Assembly: GCA_964403005.1 (NCBI GenBank)
Contig: CAYOEB010000002.1
Span: forward strand, 8,423-39,970
Length of the DNA: 31,548 bases
Direction of reading: 5' to 3'
Source of the DNA: an uncultured Candidatus Saccharibacteria bacterium
Lineage (GTDB): Bacteria > Patescibacteriota > Minisyncoccia > Phycocordibacterales > UBA9973
The translations under genes and the position numbers were made by a program. The first letter of the stretch is position 1, and each line of letters opens with the position of its first letter. This document shows positions 1 through 8,930 of this stretch, in pieces. Below the pieces are notes generated by a model that worked only from the letters and a program-made list of their open reading frames with translations, made no database searches and was not told the origin of the DNA.

Positions 1-1157
1 GCAAGTTTAGCAGCAATTTGGTCTTGCGGAACTACCCAGAGCACATGACCTTTACCAGAGATTGAAAATGATGCGGTAGATGTTGTGTCTGTGATTGACT
101 CTTCGTTCTTCAGGTCGATAGTAAATGTGCTTAATTCTGGAATGGTGACATCCGCACCATCAAACTGACTTACTGCAACACCTGCGATCTTTTTTGAGAA
201 CTCAGCTTCTGTAAATAAAACACCATAGAGTGAACCTTTGACGACCATTACATTTTTGTCGGCAACGGTTTGACCAGAATCAGCATCTTCTTTGATTACA
301 TATGCTCCAGGGAGGAGAATTGAACCATCCGGGAGGCTAGCCTTGGCTTCAGAAACAAGCTTTTCGCGGAGAATACCAAGGGCGGCTTCGTGAGCAACCT
401 TGGCATCTGCTTCAGAGAGGGCGATTCCCATTCCCGAAGCTCCACCCGTCATGGCTGTTTTTGAACGAGCATATATTTTGGTGTACTTTGGAGAGCCTTT
501 AAAACCAACAATGGTGAAATCGACAAGACCGATGTTGTATGAAGGACCAGCTTGGTCAGAGTGAACACCGACTTCTACTGAGCCTGGTGTCACCTTGCCG
601 TTTTCGGTCTTGGAGCCAGGCACGGTTGTCGCGACATCGGTTTTGTAAATCTTTCCATCTGGAGTTGAAAGGCGGGTTTCAATATCGAGCTTCTGTGGAG
701 CACTACTAAATGAATTGTAGATCACTACACGCCCTGTTGCTTTCGTCGTTACAGTTGTTGGAGTGCCGCCTGTAACTACTTTTTCCGCACTACCGCTCAA
801 TTTGACGAGCTTAAATGATACAGCCTTGTCATCACCGTTGAGTGTGGCGTTGAATGTGCTGTTATCGAGAGAGATATCTTGGCTTTTTTGAACAATTGTT
901 ACTTTTGCTGAAGAATAGTGAGAGAGGATTGAAATAGCAGCAATGAGGATGGCGAGTACGGCAATAATCCAAATGATCTTTTTTGAGCGGCGCTGTGGAG
1001 ATGGCTGAAAACTACGCTCTCGAAAGCGTGGTGGGAGCTGGACCGGACGACGAGAAACCTCAATTTCGTCATCATCTTCCATTCGACGTGCTGCCCTCTC
1101 TTCTTTTCGGTCATCTTTTGATGCCGGACGTATATCATTCAAAAAATTTTTCGCCAT
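1..1157 (-). CDS. Bitopic membrane protein of unknown function (from memory, CPR homologs are often auto-annotated 'baseplate J/gp47-like'); 3' end outside window
   Basis: Hand translation from ATG 1157 is open to the window edge: MAKNFLNDIRPASKDD...SKKIIWIIAVLAILIAAISILS (TM about aa 61-78), then a beta-rich region (KATGRVVIYN, TRLSTPDGKIYK, VPG, DFTIVGF, MTGG). It is absent from the ORF track because no stop lies in the window. Confidence 0.8.
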   Translation of the reverse strand, partial: MAKNFLNDIRPASKDDRKEERAARRMEDDDEIEVSRRPVQLPPRFRERSFQPSPQRRSKKIIWIIAVLAILIAAISILSHYSSAKVTIVQKSQDISLDNSTFNATLNGDDKAVSFKLVKLSGSAEKVVTGGTPTTVTTKATGRVVIYNSFSSAPQKLDIETRLSTPDGKIYKTDVATTVPGSKTENGKVTPGSVEVGVHSDQAGPSYNIGLVDFTIVGFKGSPKYTKIYARSKTAMTGGASGMGIALSEADAKVAHEAALGILREKLVSEAKASLPDGSILLPGAYVIKEDADSGQTVADKNVMVVKGSLYGVLFTEAEFSKKIAGVAVSQFDGADVTIPELSTFTIDLKNEESITDTTSTASFSISGKGHVLWVVPQDQIAAKL

Positions 1158-1168
1158 ATTACCTTCAA

Positions 1169-2338
1169 TTATACATTAATCCCGTAAATGTACAGACAAT
1201 CCGCGAGGACAAGCGGTGGAATAGTTGAAGCTTCATTTTTGTGCATAAAAAAGTCTGTAGCTATGATGCCACCCCACTCTTTTGAGGTAATTGCGGTTTC
1301 AGCCGCTCCTCTCGTGAGGTGTTCATTGTTTACCATTTTCTTAAACCATGACAATGTATCTGGTGCGCCGATAGTGAGAACAGGAATATCCTTATGGACT
1401 GGACCGACAGTATCGTGTACAGCCTTGCGGAGCTCTTTGCGCCACTCATTTTCCACACCTTCGACTATACGTGTAACTTTTTTGGCAATAGTGTCATGCG
1501 CTCGCCCTGCCGCACACATATTAAGGAGAGAGAAAATTTCGAGTGGATTTTGTTTGAGCTCATTACCAAGCGTACGAATGAGAAAATTTCTACCTGAGGG
1601 GAATGTTCCAGTATTAACGAGCATGCCGTTTTCAATATAGAGAAGTTCGGTGACTTCGCCACCGATTGAAACGACGAGCAGTTTCTTGTAGTGTTCTAGT
1701 GTCATATAGAGCGCGCCGGAAAGTGCTGCCGGTGATGAGAAAAAGCGGATTTTGCCTCGTACGACCCGCTCAAGATCGTCACACAGGTCATCAATAAAGC
1801 TTTTCGGCGCAAGGCTCGCAAAGTAGGAGATTGAAACTTCGCGAACTCGCTTGCCATATGGGTTTTCGACTGAGTAGCCATTAAGCTTTGTGCCAATAAC
1901 AGACTTATCAAGCATTTGGAGCGGCTCACCAAATGCGTCCTCAGCGCTTAATTTGTAAGCTCTAAAATCCTCGTCAATAAGCGTATGGGCCATATTCTCA
2001 GAAAAAAGAAAAGTATCTTTTTTCGAATAGTAGACAGTGCGAGTTTGCCCAACAAACCATGGTGATTCAAGCGAAACATAGACATATTCTGGTATAAAGT
2101 GACCGCCACGAACGAGACTATCAGCGACATCGGCAATAGCCTTACGAAAAAGACTCGTGAATTCCCTTTCACTTTCATGTGACGTGAGCCGAATCTCTTT
2201 TTCCACCATTTCAACAATGTGCGGGCGATCAAATTCAGAAAAAAGTGCAAGTGTACCAGTGACACGGTCGGAACCAATATGAAGAATCAGACTCTTTTTA
2301 ACTGCTGGTCTCTTTTTACTTTTCCTTAAAAGCGACAT
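1169..2338 (-). CDS. FtsA/PilM-like actin-fold protein with degenerate ATPase motifs
   Basis: LILHIGSDRV resembles the phosphate-1 motif (DIGS). LLVVSIGGEVTELLYIENG...FPSGRNFLIRTL resembles phosphate-2 (DIGGxxT...PxGG). Both catalytic Asp positions are substituted. Confidence 0.65.
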   Translation of the reverse strand: MSLLRKSKKRPAVKKSLILHIGSDRVTGTLALFSEFDRPHIVEMVEKEIRLTSHESEREFTSLFRKAIADVADSLVRGGHFIPEYVYVSLESPWFVGQTRTVYYSKKDTFLFSENMAHTLIDEDFRAYKLSAEDAFGEPLQMLDKSVIGTKLNGYSVENPYGKRVREVSISYFASLAPKSFIDDLCDDLERVVRGKIRFFSSPAALSGALYMTLEHYKKLLVVSIGGEVTELLYIENGMLVNTGTFPSGRNFLIRTLGNELKQNPLEIFSLLNMCAAGRAHDTIAKKVTRIVEGVENEWRKELRKAVHDTVGPVHKDIPVLTIGAPDTLSWFKKMVNNEHLTRGAAETAITSKEWGGIIATDFFMHKNEASTIPPLVLADCLYIYGINV

Positions 2339-2392
2339 TATGAAGAAAGTATACTATATGATCGTTCTTGGTGTTTGAATCTCAGTGGAAAT

Positions 2393-2425
2393 AAAAAAAA
2401 GACCTGGATACCATGTTCAGGTCTT
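2393..2425 (-). terminator. Intrinsic terminator of the 2453..2887 gene
   Basis: Inverted repeat AAGACCTGGA (2399-2408) / TTCAGGTCTT (2416-2425), with an A-run at 2393-2400 that gives a U-tail on the minus strand. Confidence 0.75.
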
Positions 2426-2452
2426 CATAATATAAGATTGCTGCAATTAGCA

Positions 2453-2887
2453 TTAAAGATTTCTCGCGGCCAACTTAAGGGAATCGAATTCAATATCAAG
2501 TTGGCAATTAAGGTTTTTTCGAATACTATCCTGCATATCTAGGATTTTCTCAAGAGCAATAACACTATCAGCCTTTACCTTAAGATCAATCAGCTTAGCG
2601 GTGGTTAAATGAATTTTACCAGTCTTTTGATCATTAAAGGTCTTAATAGCATTAGCTAAAAATTGGGTATGCGTAAGCAATTGCAGATATCTCTTCGTAC
2701 TGATTATATCAAGAGAATCAGTTTGGGCATTAATTTCCAAAATACGATTTTTTATTTTAAGTAAAATTGCCTGTTTGTGTTGCAATTTGGCAAGTTCAGC
2801 CTCCTCATTTTTAAATGCTTTTTCTTGTGTATTTTCGCAGGAGGATAGCGCCACAACTAGACTAAGGATTGTGAGTAGTGTTTTCAT
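2453..2887 (-). CDS. Hypothetical lipoprotein-like protein, AT-rich
   Basis: 144-aa ORF with signal and lipobox MKTLLTILSLVVALSS-C; helical, Lys/Leu-rich; has its own predicted promoter and terminator. Confidence 0.7.
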   Translation of the reverse strand: MKTLLTILSLVVALSSCENTQEKAFKNEEAELAKLQHKQAILLKIKNRILEINAQTDSLDIISTKRYLQLLTHTQFLANAIKTFNDQKTGKIHLTTAKLIDLKVKADSVIALEKILDMQDSIRKNLNCQLDIEFDSLKLAARNL

Positions 2888-2911
2888 TTTTAGGTTGTTA
2901 GAATTTATACT

Positions 2912-2940
2912 AAATTACAATATTCAGCACAAATTGTCAA
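2912..2940 (-). promoter_or_regulatory. sigma70-type promoter for 2453..2887
   Basis: TTGACA (2940-2935) - 17 nt - TAATTT (2917-2912). Confidence 0.5.
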
Positions 2941-2951
2941 TAAAGGAAAAT

Positions 2952-4697
2952 TTATTCTAAAATACCCTTTATACGTCTGACCCCCTGTGAACTCGCCTCT
3001 TCTTTCTGAATTTTGAAGTGACCGAGCACTCCAGTGTGGTCTACATGCGGACCACCACAGAATTCTTTTGAAATAGGTTCACCATTATCTTTCTCAATAA
3101 AGTAAACAGACACGGTATCACCATACTTGGCGCCAAATTCCATTTCGGCGCCGATTTTTTGTGCTTCAGCGAGCGGCATTTCCCGACGAACCACTTTGTG
3201 GTCAGCAAGAATTGCCTGGTTTACAAGGTCTTCAACCTGCTTCTTTTCATCATCGGTCATTTTACGATCGAATGAAAAGTCGATGCGGAGACGCTCTTCG
3301 GTAATATTTGAGCCACGCTGTTTGACGCTCGGTCCAAGTACTTTTTGGAGTGCAGCGAGAAGCAAGTGGTGTGCAGTATGGAGCTTTATCGTAGCTTCAT
3401 TATGATTTGCTAGGCCGCCTTTGAACATACCAGCCGAAGCAGACTGAGAAAGCTTTTGGTGCTCTTTCATTTTTTCATCAAATGCGACGCGGTCAACTGA
3501 CTGACCTCGTTCATGGGCCAACTCCTCAGTAAGTTCTATCGGAAATCCGTACGTAGTAAACAACACAAATGGATCCGTGCCTTTTTCGAATTCCTTCATT
3601 CCGTCATGTAATGTCTTTGCAAATTTGTCTTCTTCTTCAGAAATAATCTTAATTATTTCTGGGTTTTGAAGTTCAGGATAAATATTTTTATACAAATCAA
3701 CAAAAGCGAGCATTGTATTTGAAATAAAATGATTACTTAGTGCAATTCCTAGATTATTACCCTGCATGACTGCTCTTCGAATAAGACGACGCAGTACATA
3801 ACCACGATCCTTATTGCCTGGATGGACACCGTCTGCAACCATAAACATTGCAGTTCTGGTATGATCGGCAACTATTCTAGCTGATCGTTCTGAATACTTT
3901 ACAGCCATGTATTTAATACTGTTTATAATAGGCAAAAACAAATCCGTCTCATAGGCCGTACGGACACCTTGCATGACGGCAGTGATTCGCTCCAGACCGG
4001 CGCCTGTGTCGACGTTTTTACTTGCAAGCTTGCCAACAACTTTGCCATCCTTCTTTTCATACTCCATGAACACATCATTCCAGATTTCAATAATGTCTTC
4101 ACGCTGCACTGCGGCAATGTAGTCTTCCTTGCTGAGGTCACCCATGGTACCGGTCATGTCGTAGAACATTTCAGTATCTGGACCACATGGACCATTATCA
4201 CCTGGGCTCCACCAGTTGTCATCTGCACCGAGGAAATAGATGCGATTTTCAGGCACACCGAGCGACATCCAGATTGCTGCAGTTTCTGTGTCCTTTGGTG
4301 CATTTTCATCGCCTTCGAAACAAGTAAAGTATAGCCGGTTGATATCGAGACCAAGCCCCTCTTCTTTTGAAGTCAGGAATTCGAAGCTCCATTTAATGGC
4401 ATCTTCTTTAAAGTAGTCACCGAGGGACCAGTTGCCCATCATTTCGAAAAATGACAAATGACGGTTGTCACCAACGTCTTCAAGGTCGCCTGTGCGAACG
4501 CACTTTTGAATGTCAGCTATGCGTTTACCAGCTGGGTGAGGCTGACCGAGGAGGTATGGTACAAGCGGCTGCATGCCGGCTGTGTTGAAAAGCACAGAAG
4601 GGTCATTCTGTGGCACAAGCGAAGCAGACGGAATAATCGCGTGCCCGCGTTTTTCAAAAAATTGGAGAAATCGTTTTCGTATTTCGTGTGATTGCAT
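2952..4697 (-). CDS. alaS: Alanine--tRNA ligase, short form without C-Ala domain
   Basis: EIRKRFLQFF, DPSVLFNTAGMQ, QKCVRTGD, HLSFFEMMGNWSLGDYFK, IEIWNDVFM, VDTGAGLER; editing motifs HTAHH and CGGPH. Confidence 0.97.
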   Translation of the reverse strand: MQSHEIRKRFLQFFEKRGHAIIPSASLVPQNDPSVLFNTAGMQPLVPYLLGQPHPAGKRIADIQKCVRTGDLEDVGDNRHLSFFEMMGNWSLGDYFKEDAIKWSFEFLTSKEEGLGLDINRLYFTCFEGDENAPKDTETAAIWMSLGVPENRIYFLGADDNWWSPGDNGPCGPDTEMFYDMTGTMGDLSKEDYIAAVQREDIIEIWNDVFMEYEKKDGKVVGKLASKNVDTGAGLERITAVMQGVRTAYETDLFLPIINSIKYMAVKYSERSARIVADHTRTAMFMVADGVHPGNKDRGYVLRRLIRRAVMQGNNLGIALSNHFISNTMLAFVDLYKNIYPELQNPEIIKIISEEEDKFAKTLHDGMKEFEKGTDPFVLFTTYGFPIELTEELAHERGQSVDRVAFDEKMKEHQKLSQSASAGMFKGGLANHNEATIKLHTAHHLLLAALQKVLGPSVKQRGSNITEERLRIDFSFDRKMTDDEKKQVEDLVNQAILADHKVVRREMPLAEAQKIGAEMEFGAKYGDTVSVYFIEKDNGEPISKEFCGGPHVDHTGVLGHFKIQKEEASSQGVRRIKGILE

Positions 4698-4700
4698 ATA

Positions 4701-6461
4701 CTACTTTTTTTGCTTCTTGAGCATAGTCTCAAGCCTCTTAATATCATCTTCAATACTCATGAGACCAGCTTCAAAGAATCCTGGCTTTGTCGTGTCGATT
4801 CCGGCGCTCTTGAAAATATCTTCAGGACTCATAGATTCACCAGCATAGAGAAATTGTTCTATTTTACTCAAATATGATGGATCTTCCTGGTACTTTTTGT
4901 AGAGCGCTTTTGAAATGAGTTGACCGTACGCATATGAGTAGACATAGAAGAAGCTGCGGATGTGTGACCACGTCACAAAGAAGTAACCATCTTCATCCTT
5001 GAGATCAAATGCTGGACCTAGGTAGGCTTTCATATGCTTATTCATGAGTTTGGCAATGTCTTCTTTTGACATTGAGCCTTTGTTACGAATTGTGGCATGA
5101 AGTTCAGTCTCAAAATTAAAGCAGGCTATCTGACGGAAAATAGTACTGATATCGTCTGAAATTTTATCGTGAAGCGCAACAATTTTCTCCTTATCTGAAA
5201 GTGTTTTAAGTACTTCCTCAAAAGCAAAATTTTCAAAAAGTGTGCTTGCAACCTCAGCTACAGCAGTTGAGTGGCCTTGGTACATTGGGCGCTGAGACTT
5301 TGAAAATTCACAATGAATTGCATGGCCCATTTCGTGCGCCAATATCATCACAGAGTTCAGATTGTCTATGTGATTAAGCAGAACATAGGTTGGACGATTA
5401 ATATTTGTCCAACAGTACGCACCAGATTTCTTACCAACTTTTGGAAAAACGTCGATTTGTCCATTTTCAAGGTAACGCATGAAAACATCCTCATACTTCT
5501 GACCCAGGCTTGCAAAAGCTTTTTGTACAAGAACACGTGCCTCATCATATGAAATCTTTTTTACTGTTCCGCCAACTGAGGCTGCGCGATCAGCATAGCG
5601 CAATTTTGGAAGGCCGAGCATTTTTGCTTTTATTTTGTGAAAACGATGCGCAATATGAAAATACTTTGTTGTGGTTGCAACAAGTGACTCAACAGCTTTC
5701 TCGTCGTTTTGGTAGTGAAAGATAGTGGCGCTGTATGGCATTTTGTAACCACGGAGTTCGTCATTGATTTTTTTATCTATTACAACTGCATTTATTTCAC
5801 TTTCGGCAAAATCACTAATAGCCATATACTTTTGCATGACAAGACTGTGTAGTTCATAACGCTGCTTGGTAGGAAGTTCTTTAATTTTGCCTTGTGCCTC
5901 AGCAATTGGCATAGTTTTTCCCTGCCAAGAAATTGTCTGCTTGCCGAGCAACTTTTCTTGACCCTCAATCCACTTCTCACGAGCCACAATACTCTTGAGG
6001 TTGAGTATTTTTTCCTCAGCTTCGCTGAGGTTGTATTTGCTTGAATCAAAAATCCGCTTGAGGAAGTATCGCACATCCTTAAGTTTTGGGTCAACCAAAA
6101 AAGCTTTTTGCTGCTTCGCTGGAATCGCTGCAAGACTAAGATGAAAAAATAGAATATGATTTGAAGCTTTTGTAAGACGTTGTAGCGTACTACTTTTATT
6201 AGCTTCAGCTACTTTGTGACCTCCGTTAATATCAAGAAAAAGATAAAAGTAGATGATTGGATTTGGGAGTGCTTCTAGTGCTTCGTACTCTGTAATAGCC
6301 TTGAGTAATTGGCCTGCGCTTGTCGTATAGTTTTTGTTCTTTGCATACTTTCTCGCAAAGGATTCACAGGCTTTTTCATAAGCCTTTGTGTCGCGTTCTA
6401 TTTTGGGATCGCTCGGCGAGGCATACATGAGGCCAAGGTTCCATTCAGTCCTTAATTTCAT
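4701..6461 (-). CDS. pepF: Oligoendopeptidase F (peptidase M3B)
   Basis: N-terminal WNLGLMY, GKKSGAYC, zinc motif LAHEMGHAIH, AEVAST, YVYSYAYG. Start placed at ATG 6461 (MKLRTEW), 6 nt after TGG-TATAGT. Confidence 0.9.
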   Translation of the reverse strand: MKLRTEWNLGLMYASPSDPKIERDTKAYEKACESFARKYAKNKNYTTSAGQLLKAITEYEALEALPNPIIYFYLFLDINGGHKVAEANKSSTLQRLTKASNHILFFHLSLAAIPAKQQKAFLVDPKLKDVRYFLKRIFDSSKYNLSEAEEKILNLKSIVAREKWIEGQEKLLGKQTISWQGKTMPIAEAQGKIKELPTKQRYELHSLVMQKYMAISDFAESEINAVVIDKKINDELRGYKMPYSATIFHYQNDEKAVESLVATTTKYFHIAHRFHKIKAKMLGLPKLRYADRAASVGGTVKKISYDEARVLVQKAFASLGQKYEDVFMRYLENGQIDVFPKVGKKSGAYCWTNINRPTYVLLNHIDNLNSVMILAHEMGHAIHCEFSKSQRPMYQGHSTAVAEVASTLFENFAFEEVLKTLSDKEKIVALHDKISDDISTIFRQIACFNFETELHATIRNKGSMSKEDIAKLMNKHMKAYLGPAFDLKDEDGYFFVTWSHIRSFFYVYSYAYGQLISKALYKKYQEDPSYLSKIEQFLYAGESMSPEDIFKSAGIDTTKPGFFEAGLMSIEDDIKRLETMLKKQKK

Positions 6462-6529
6462 AAAAAGACTATACCACACAAGGCATTTTCAGAAAAATAC
6501 CGCGATGATAATGTTGTATTCACGATAGA

Positions 6530-7039
6530 TTATAGCTTTTTATTGCTACGTTTTTCAGTTTTAACTTGATCAGTTTTAACTTGATCTGTCTTATCAAAAA
6601 CCTCCTTGAAACGCTGTTCGATAATCCAGACAACAATGAAAATAAAGAGAGTAATGAGAGTAGTCATGATAGCTAGACCGAAGAGTCCAAAGCCACATGC
6701 CATGCCAATACCAGCCACAACCCAGAGACTGCTAGCTGTTGTCACGCCTGAAAGTTTGTCGTCCTTAAAAATGATGAGGCCTGAACCGAGAAAACCAACG
6801 CCGACAATAATCTGACTTGCCATGCGGAGTGGATCAAAGCTACCACTCGTGAGGTAGGCTGCTGCAATAATTTGCGAAATAACAATGAAGAGTGCCGCAC
6901 CCATTGAAACCATGGCGTACGTGCGCATTCCTGCAGCCTTGTGTGCGTAAATGCGTTCAGCGCCAATTGCAAGACCGAGGAGCACAGCTACAGTGAGACG
7001 GAGAAAAATATCGTATGAAAACGTTGACATAAGATCCAT
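6530..7039 (-). CDS. MgtC/SapB family membrane protein
   Basis: LGLAIGAER, AAGMRTYAMVSMGAALF, DPLRMASQIIVGVGFLGSGLI, GVTTASSLW. Start is 7039 or 7030. Confidence 0.88.
   Translation of the reverse strand: MDLMSTFSYDIFLRLTVAVLLGLAIGAERIYAHKAAGMRTYAMVSMGAALFIVISQIIAAAYLTSGSFDPLRMASQIIVGVGFLGSGLIIFKDDKLSGVTTASSLWVVAGIGMACGFGLFGLAIMTTLITLFIFIVVWIIEQRFKEVFDKTDQVKTDQVKTEKRSNKKL
6555..6584. repeat. 15-bp perfect tandem duplication in the MgtC tail
   Basis: TCAGTTTTAACTTGA x2, encoding KTDQVKTDQVKT. Confidence 0.9.
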
Positions 7040-7117
7040 ATAGAACAATTGTAGCGTGTATTACAAAAGAGAGAAGAGAAAAATTGTGAATTAGAATGCG
7101 GAATAAAAGCCTCGTGT

Positions 7118-7753
7118 TCACGATGTCGTTTTTACTTGCACACTTCCCTGTCGCAGCACAACAATTTCACCTTTTTCGATTTTCACAAGTGTGGAGGGTA
7201 GACCATTTCTTTTGCCTCCTGAAATGTACAAAGATACACCCTTACTATCTTCTTTACCAAAATACTTTTTTGCCTCAGTAATCGTTTTTGCAGGAGGCAA
7301 ACCCTGAGGATTTGCGCTTGGTGCAATGAGCGGACCGACTTTTTTTAGTAGACGATACAATGCTATATGCTGCTTCCCCACCATTCGTAGTGCGAGTGTG
7401 CCGTGACGACCCAGATAAGCATATTTTTTTGTCTTCTGAGGTAGCACAACACTTACCTTTCCAGGCCAAACGTCTTGGAGAAATAGACGCTCAACATCAC
7501 TAAGTACGACGCCAAGCTCTTTTACTTCTTTAAATGATGTTATGAGAATAATACATGACTTATCTGCGTCACGACCTTTGGCGTGAAATACTTTTGACAC
7601 TGCTTTTTTAGAATATGCACGAGCAACAATACCATAGAGTTTTGTGTCTACCGGGAGCACAACTACACCTTCTCCTAGAAGCACTTTTGCTGCTCTAGAA
7701 TAATGACTTTTTGGGCTTGTTATTTTCTTGGTTGAAATACTTCTATTTTGCAT
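7118..7753 (-). CDS. tsaC: L-threonylcarbamoyladenylate synthase (TsaC/Sua5/YrdC)
   Basis: GVVVLPVDTKLYG (variant of PTxTxYG), AKGRDADK (KxR), WPGKVSVVL, ALRM, APSANPQG, PSTLV. Start placed at ATG 7753, overlapping the mnmA stop. Confidence 0.85.
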   Translation of the reverse strand: MQNRSISTKKITSPKSHYSRAAKVLLGEGVVVLPVDTKLYGIVARAYSKKAVSKVFHAKGRDADKSCIILITSFKEVKELGVVLSDVERLFLQDVWPGKVSVVLPQKTKKYAYLGRHGTLALRMVGKQHIALYRLLKKVGPLIAPSANPQGLPPAKTITEAKKYFGKEDSKGVSLYISGGKRNGLPSTLVKIEKGEIVVLRQGSVQVKTTS

Positions 7754-8864
7754 CGCTAATGACACCACCACCAACACAGACATTTTTGTCGTAGACCACA
7801 AAAGACTGGCCAGAAACAATTGGCCCTGGAGACGTCGCCAATTTTACTTCAGCAGTATTGCCAGCCATTTGTCGGACCATTGCCGTACCTCTTTCACCGT
7901 GATAACGAGACTCAACTGTGTACATTTTTTTGGGATCAATGAATGTTCGGAAATTGGTATCAGTAAGGTAAAACGTATTCGTTTTTACTGAAATCTCTCT
8001 ATTTTTTGTAAATGGATTATCATGCGAAACCATGATTGTATTTTTCTCCGCATTCTTCGATACGACATAGTAGGGAGCGTCTGTTGGCGTATGATTAAAA
8101 ATCGTAAAACCATGACGTTCACCAATTGTATAAAATGGTGCGCCAATGTGTTCACCAATAACCTCGCCAGAACTATTCACTACTGAGCCCTTTTTTGGCT
8201 CGATGTAGTTGAGGAGGAAATCTTTCATGTTGATATCGCCAATAAAGCAAATGCCTTGGCTATCTTTCTTGGTTGCTGTTGGAAGTCCAATTTTAGCAGC
8301 AAGTGTGCGGACCTCTGTCTTTTTCATCTTGCCGAGCGGAAAGAGTGTCCGAGAAAGCTCATCCTCCGAGAGCATCCAAAGGAAGTACGCTTGATCCTTG
8401 GCGGGATCTTTACCACGACTAAGTTCATGAAGTGTCGCAGTTCGGGCTTTCTTGATTTGCTTCACATTGGCGTAGTGGCCTGTCGCAATAAAATCTGCAC
8501 CGTGGCGAAGTGCATGTTTGAGAAATACTCCAAACTTGATGTCGCGATTGCAAAGTACGTCTGGGTTTGGCGTGCGACCGGCTTTGTAGTCAGCAATCAT
8601 TCTGCTTGCAACAAGCGCCTCATACTCACGCGAAACATCCATAAAAACAAATGGGATATCGAGATGCGCAGCAACACGCATTGCATCACGCTTTTCATCA
8701 CGCCAGGTACATTCGATAAAATCAGGCTGCCACGTGCGCATATAGACACCGACCACGTTGTAGCCAGCTTGTTTGAGCAAATAGGCCGCAACCGACGAAT
8801 CAACGCCGCCTGATAGGCCGACAAATACAGTCTCTTTTACCTTGTTTTGCTTCTTTTTTTGCAT
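7743..8864 (-). CDS. mnmA: tRNA-specific 2-thiouridylase
   Basis: GLSGGVDSSV PP-loop, TPNPDVLCNRDIKF, ATGHYA, KDQAYFL, DSQGICFIG, GERHG, GQSFVVY. Start is probably ATG 8864. Confidence 0.97.
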   Translation of the reverse strand: MQKKKQNKVKETVFVGLSGGVDSSVAAYLLKQAGYNVVGVYMRTWQPDFIECTWRDEKRDAMRVAAHLDIPFVFMDVSREYEALVASRMIADYKAGRTPNPDVLCNRDIKFGVFLKHALRHGADFIATGHYANVKQIKKARTATLHELSRGKDPAKDQAYFLWMLSEDELSRTLFPLGKMKKTEVRTLAAKIGLPTATKKDSQGICFIGDINMKDFLLNYIEPKKGSVVNSSGEVIGEHIGAPFYTIGERHGFTIFNHTPTDAPYYVVSKNAEKNTIMVSHDNPFTKNREISVKTNTFYLTDTNFRTFIDPKKMYTVESRYHGERGTAMVRQMAGNTAEVKLATSPGPIVSGQSFVVYDKNVCVGGGVISDAK

Positions 8865-8930
8865 GTATGCGCCAAGCAAAAATCCACTACATGAGCGGAT
8901 TTGTGCTACTAGAATACCAAGTATTTGACT

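Noticed and set aside
1-1157. Prophage or contractile tail locus implied by a 'baseplate J-like' label
   Set aside because: No other tail, capsid, terminase or integrase genes are in the window, and the protein has a TM anchor. Sequence beyond the left edge cannot be seen.
899-1228. ORF-track entries 899..1138 (-) and 983..1228 (+)
   Set aside because: Off-frame shadows of the real edge-truncated gene starting at 1157.
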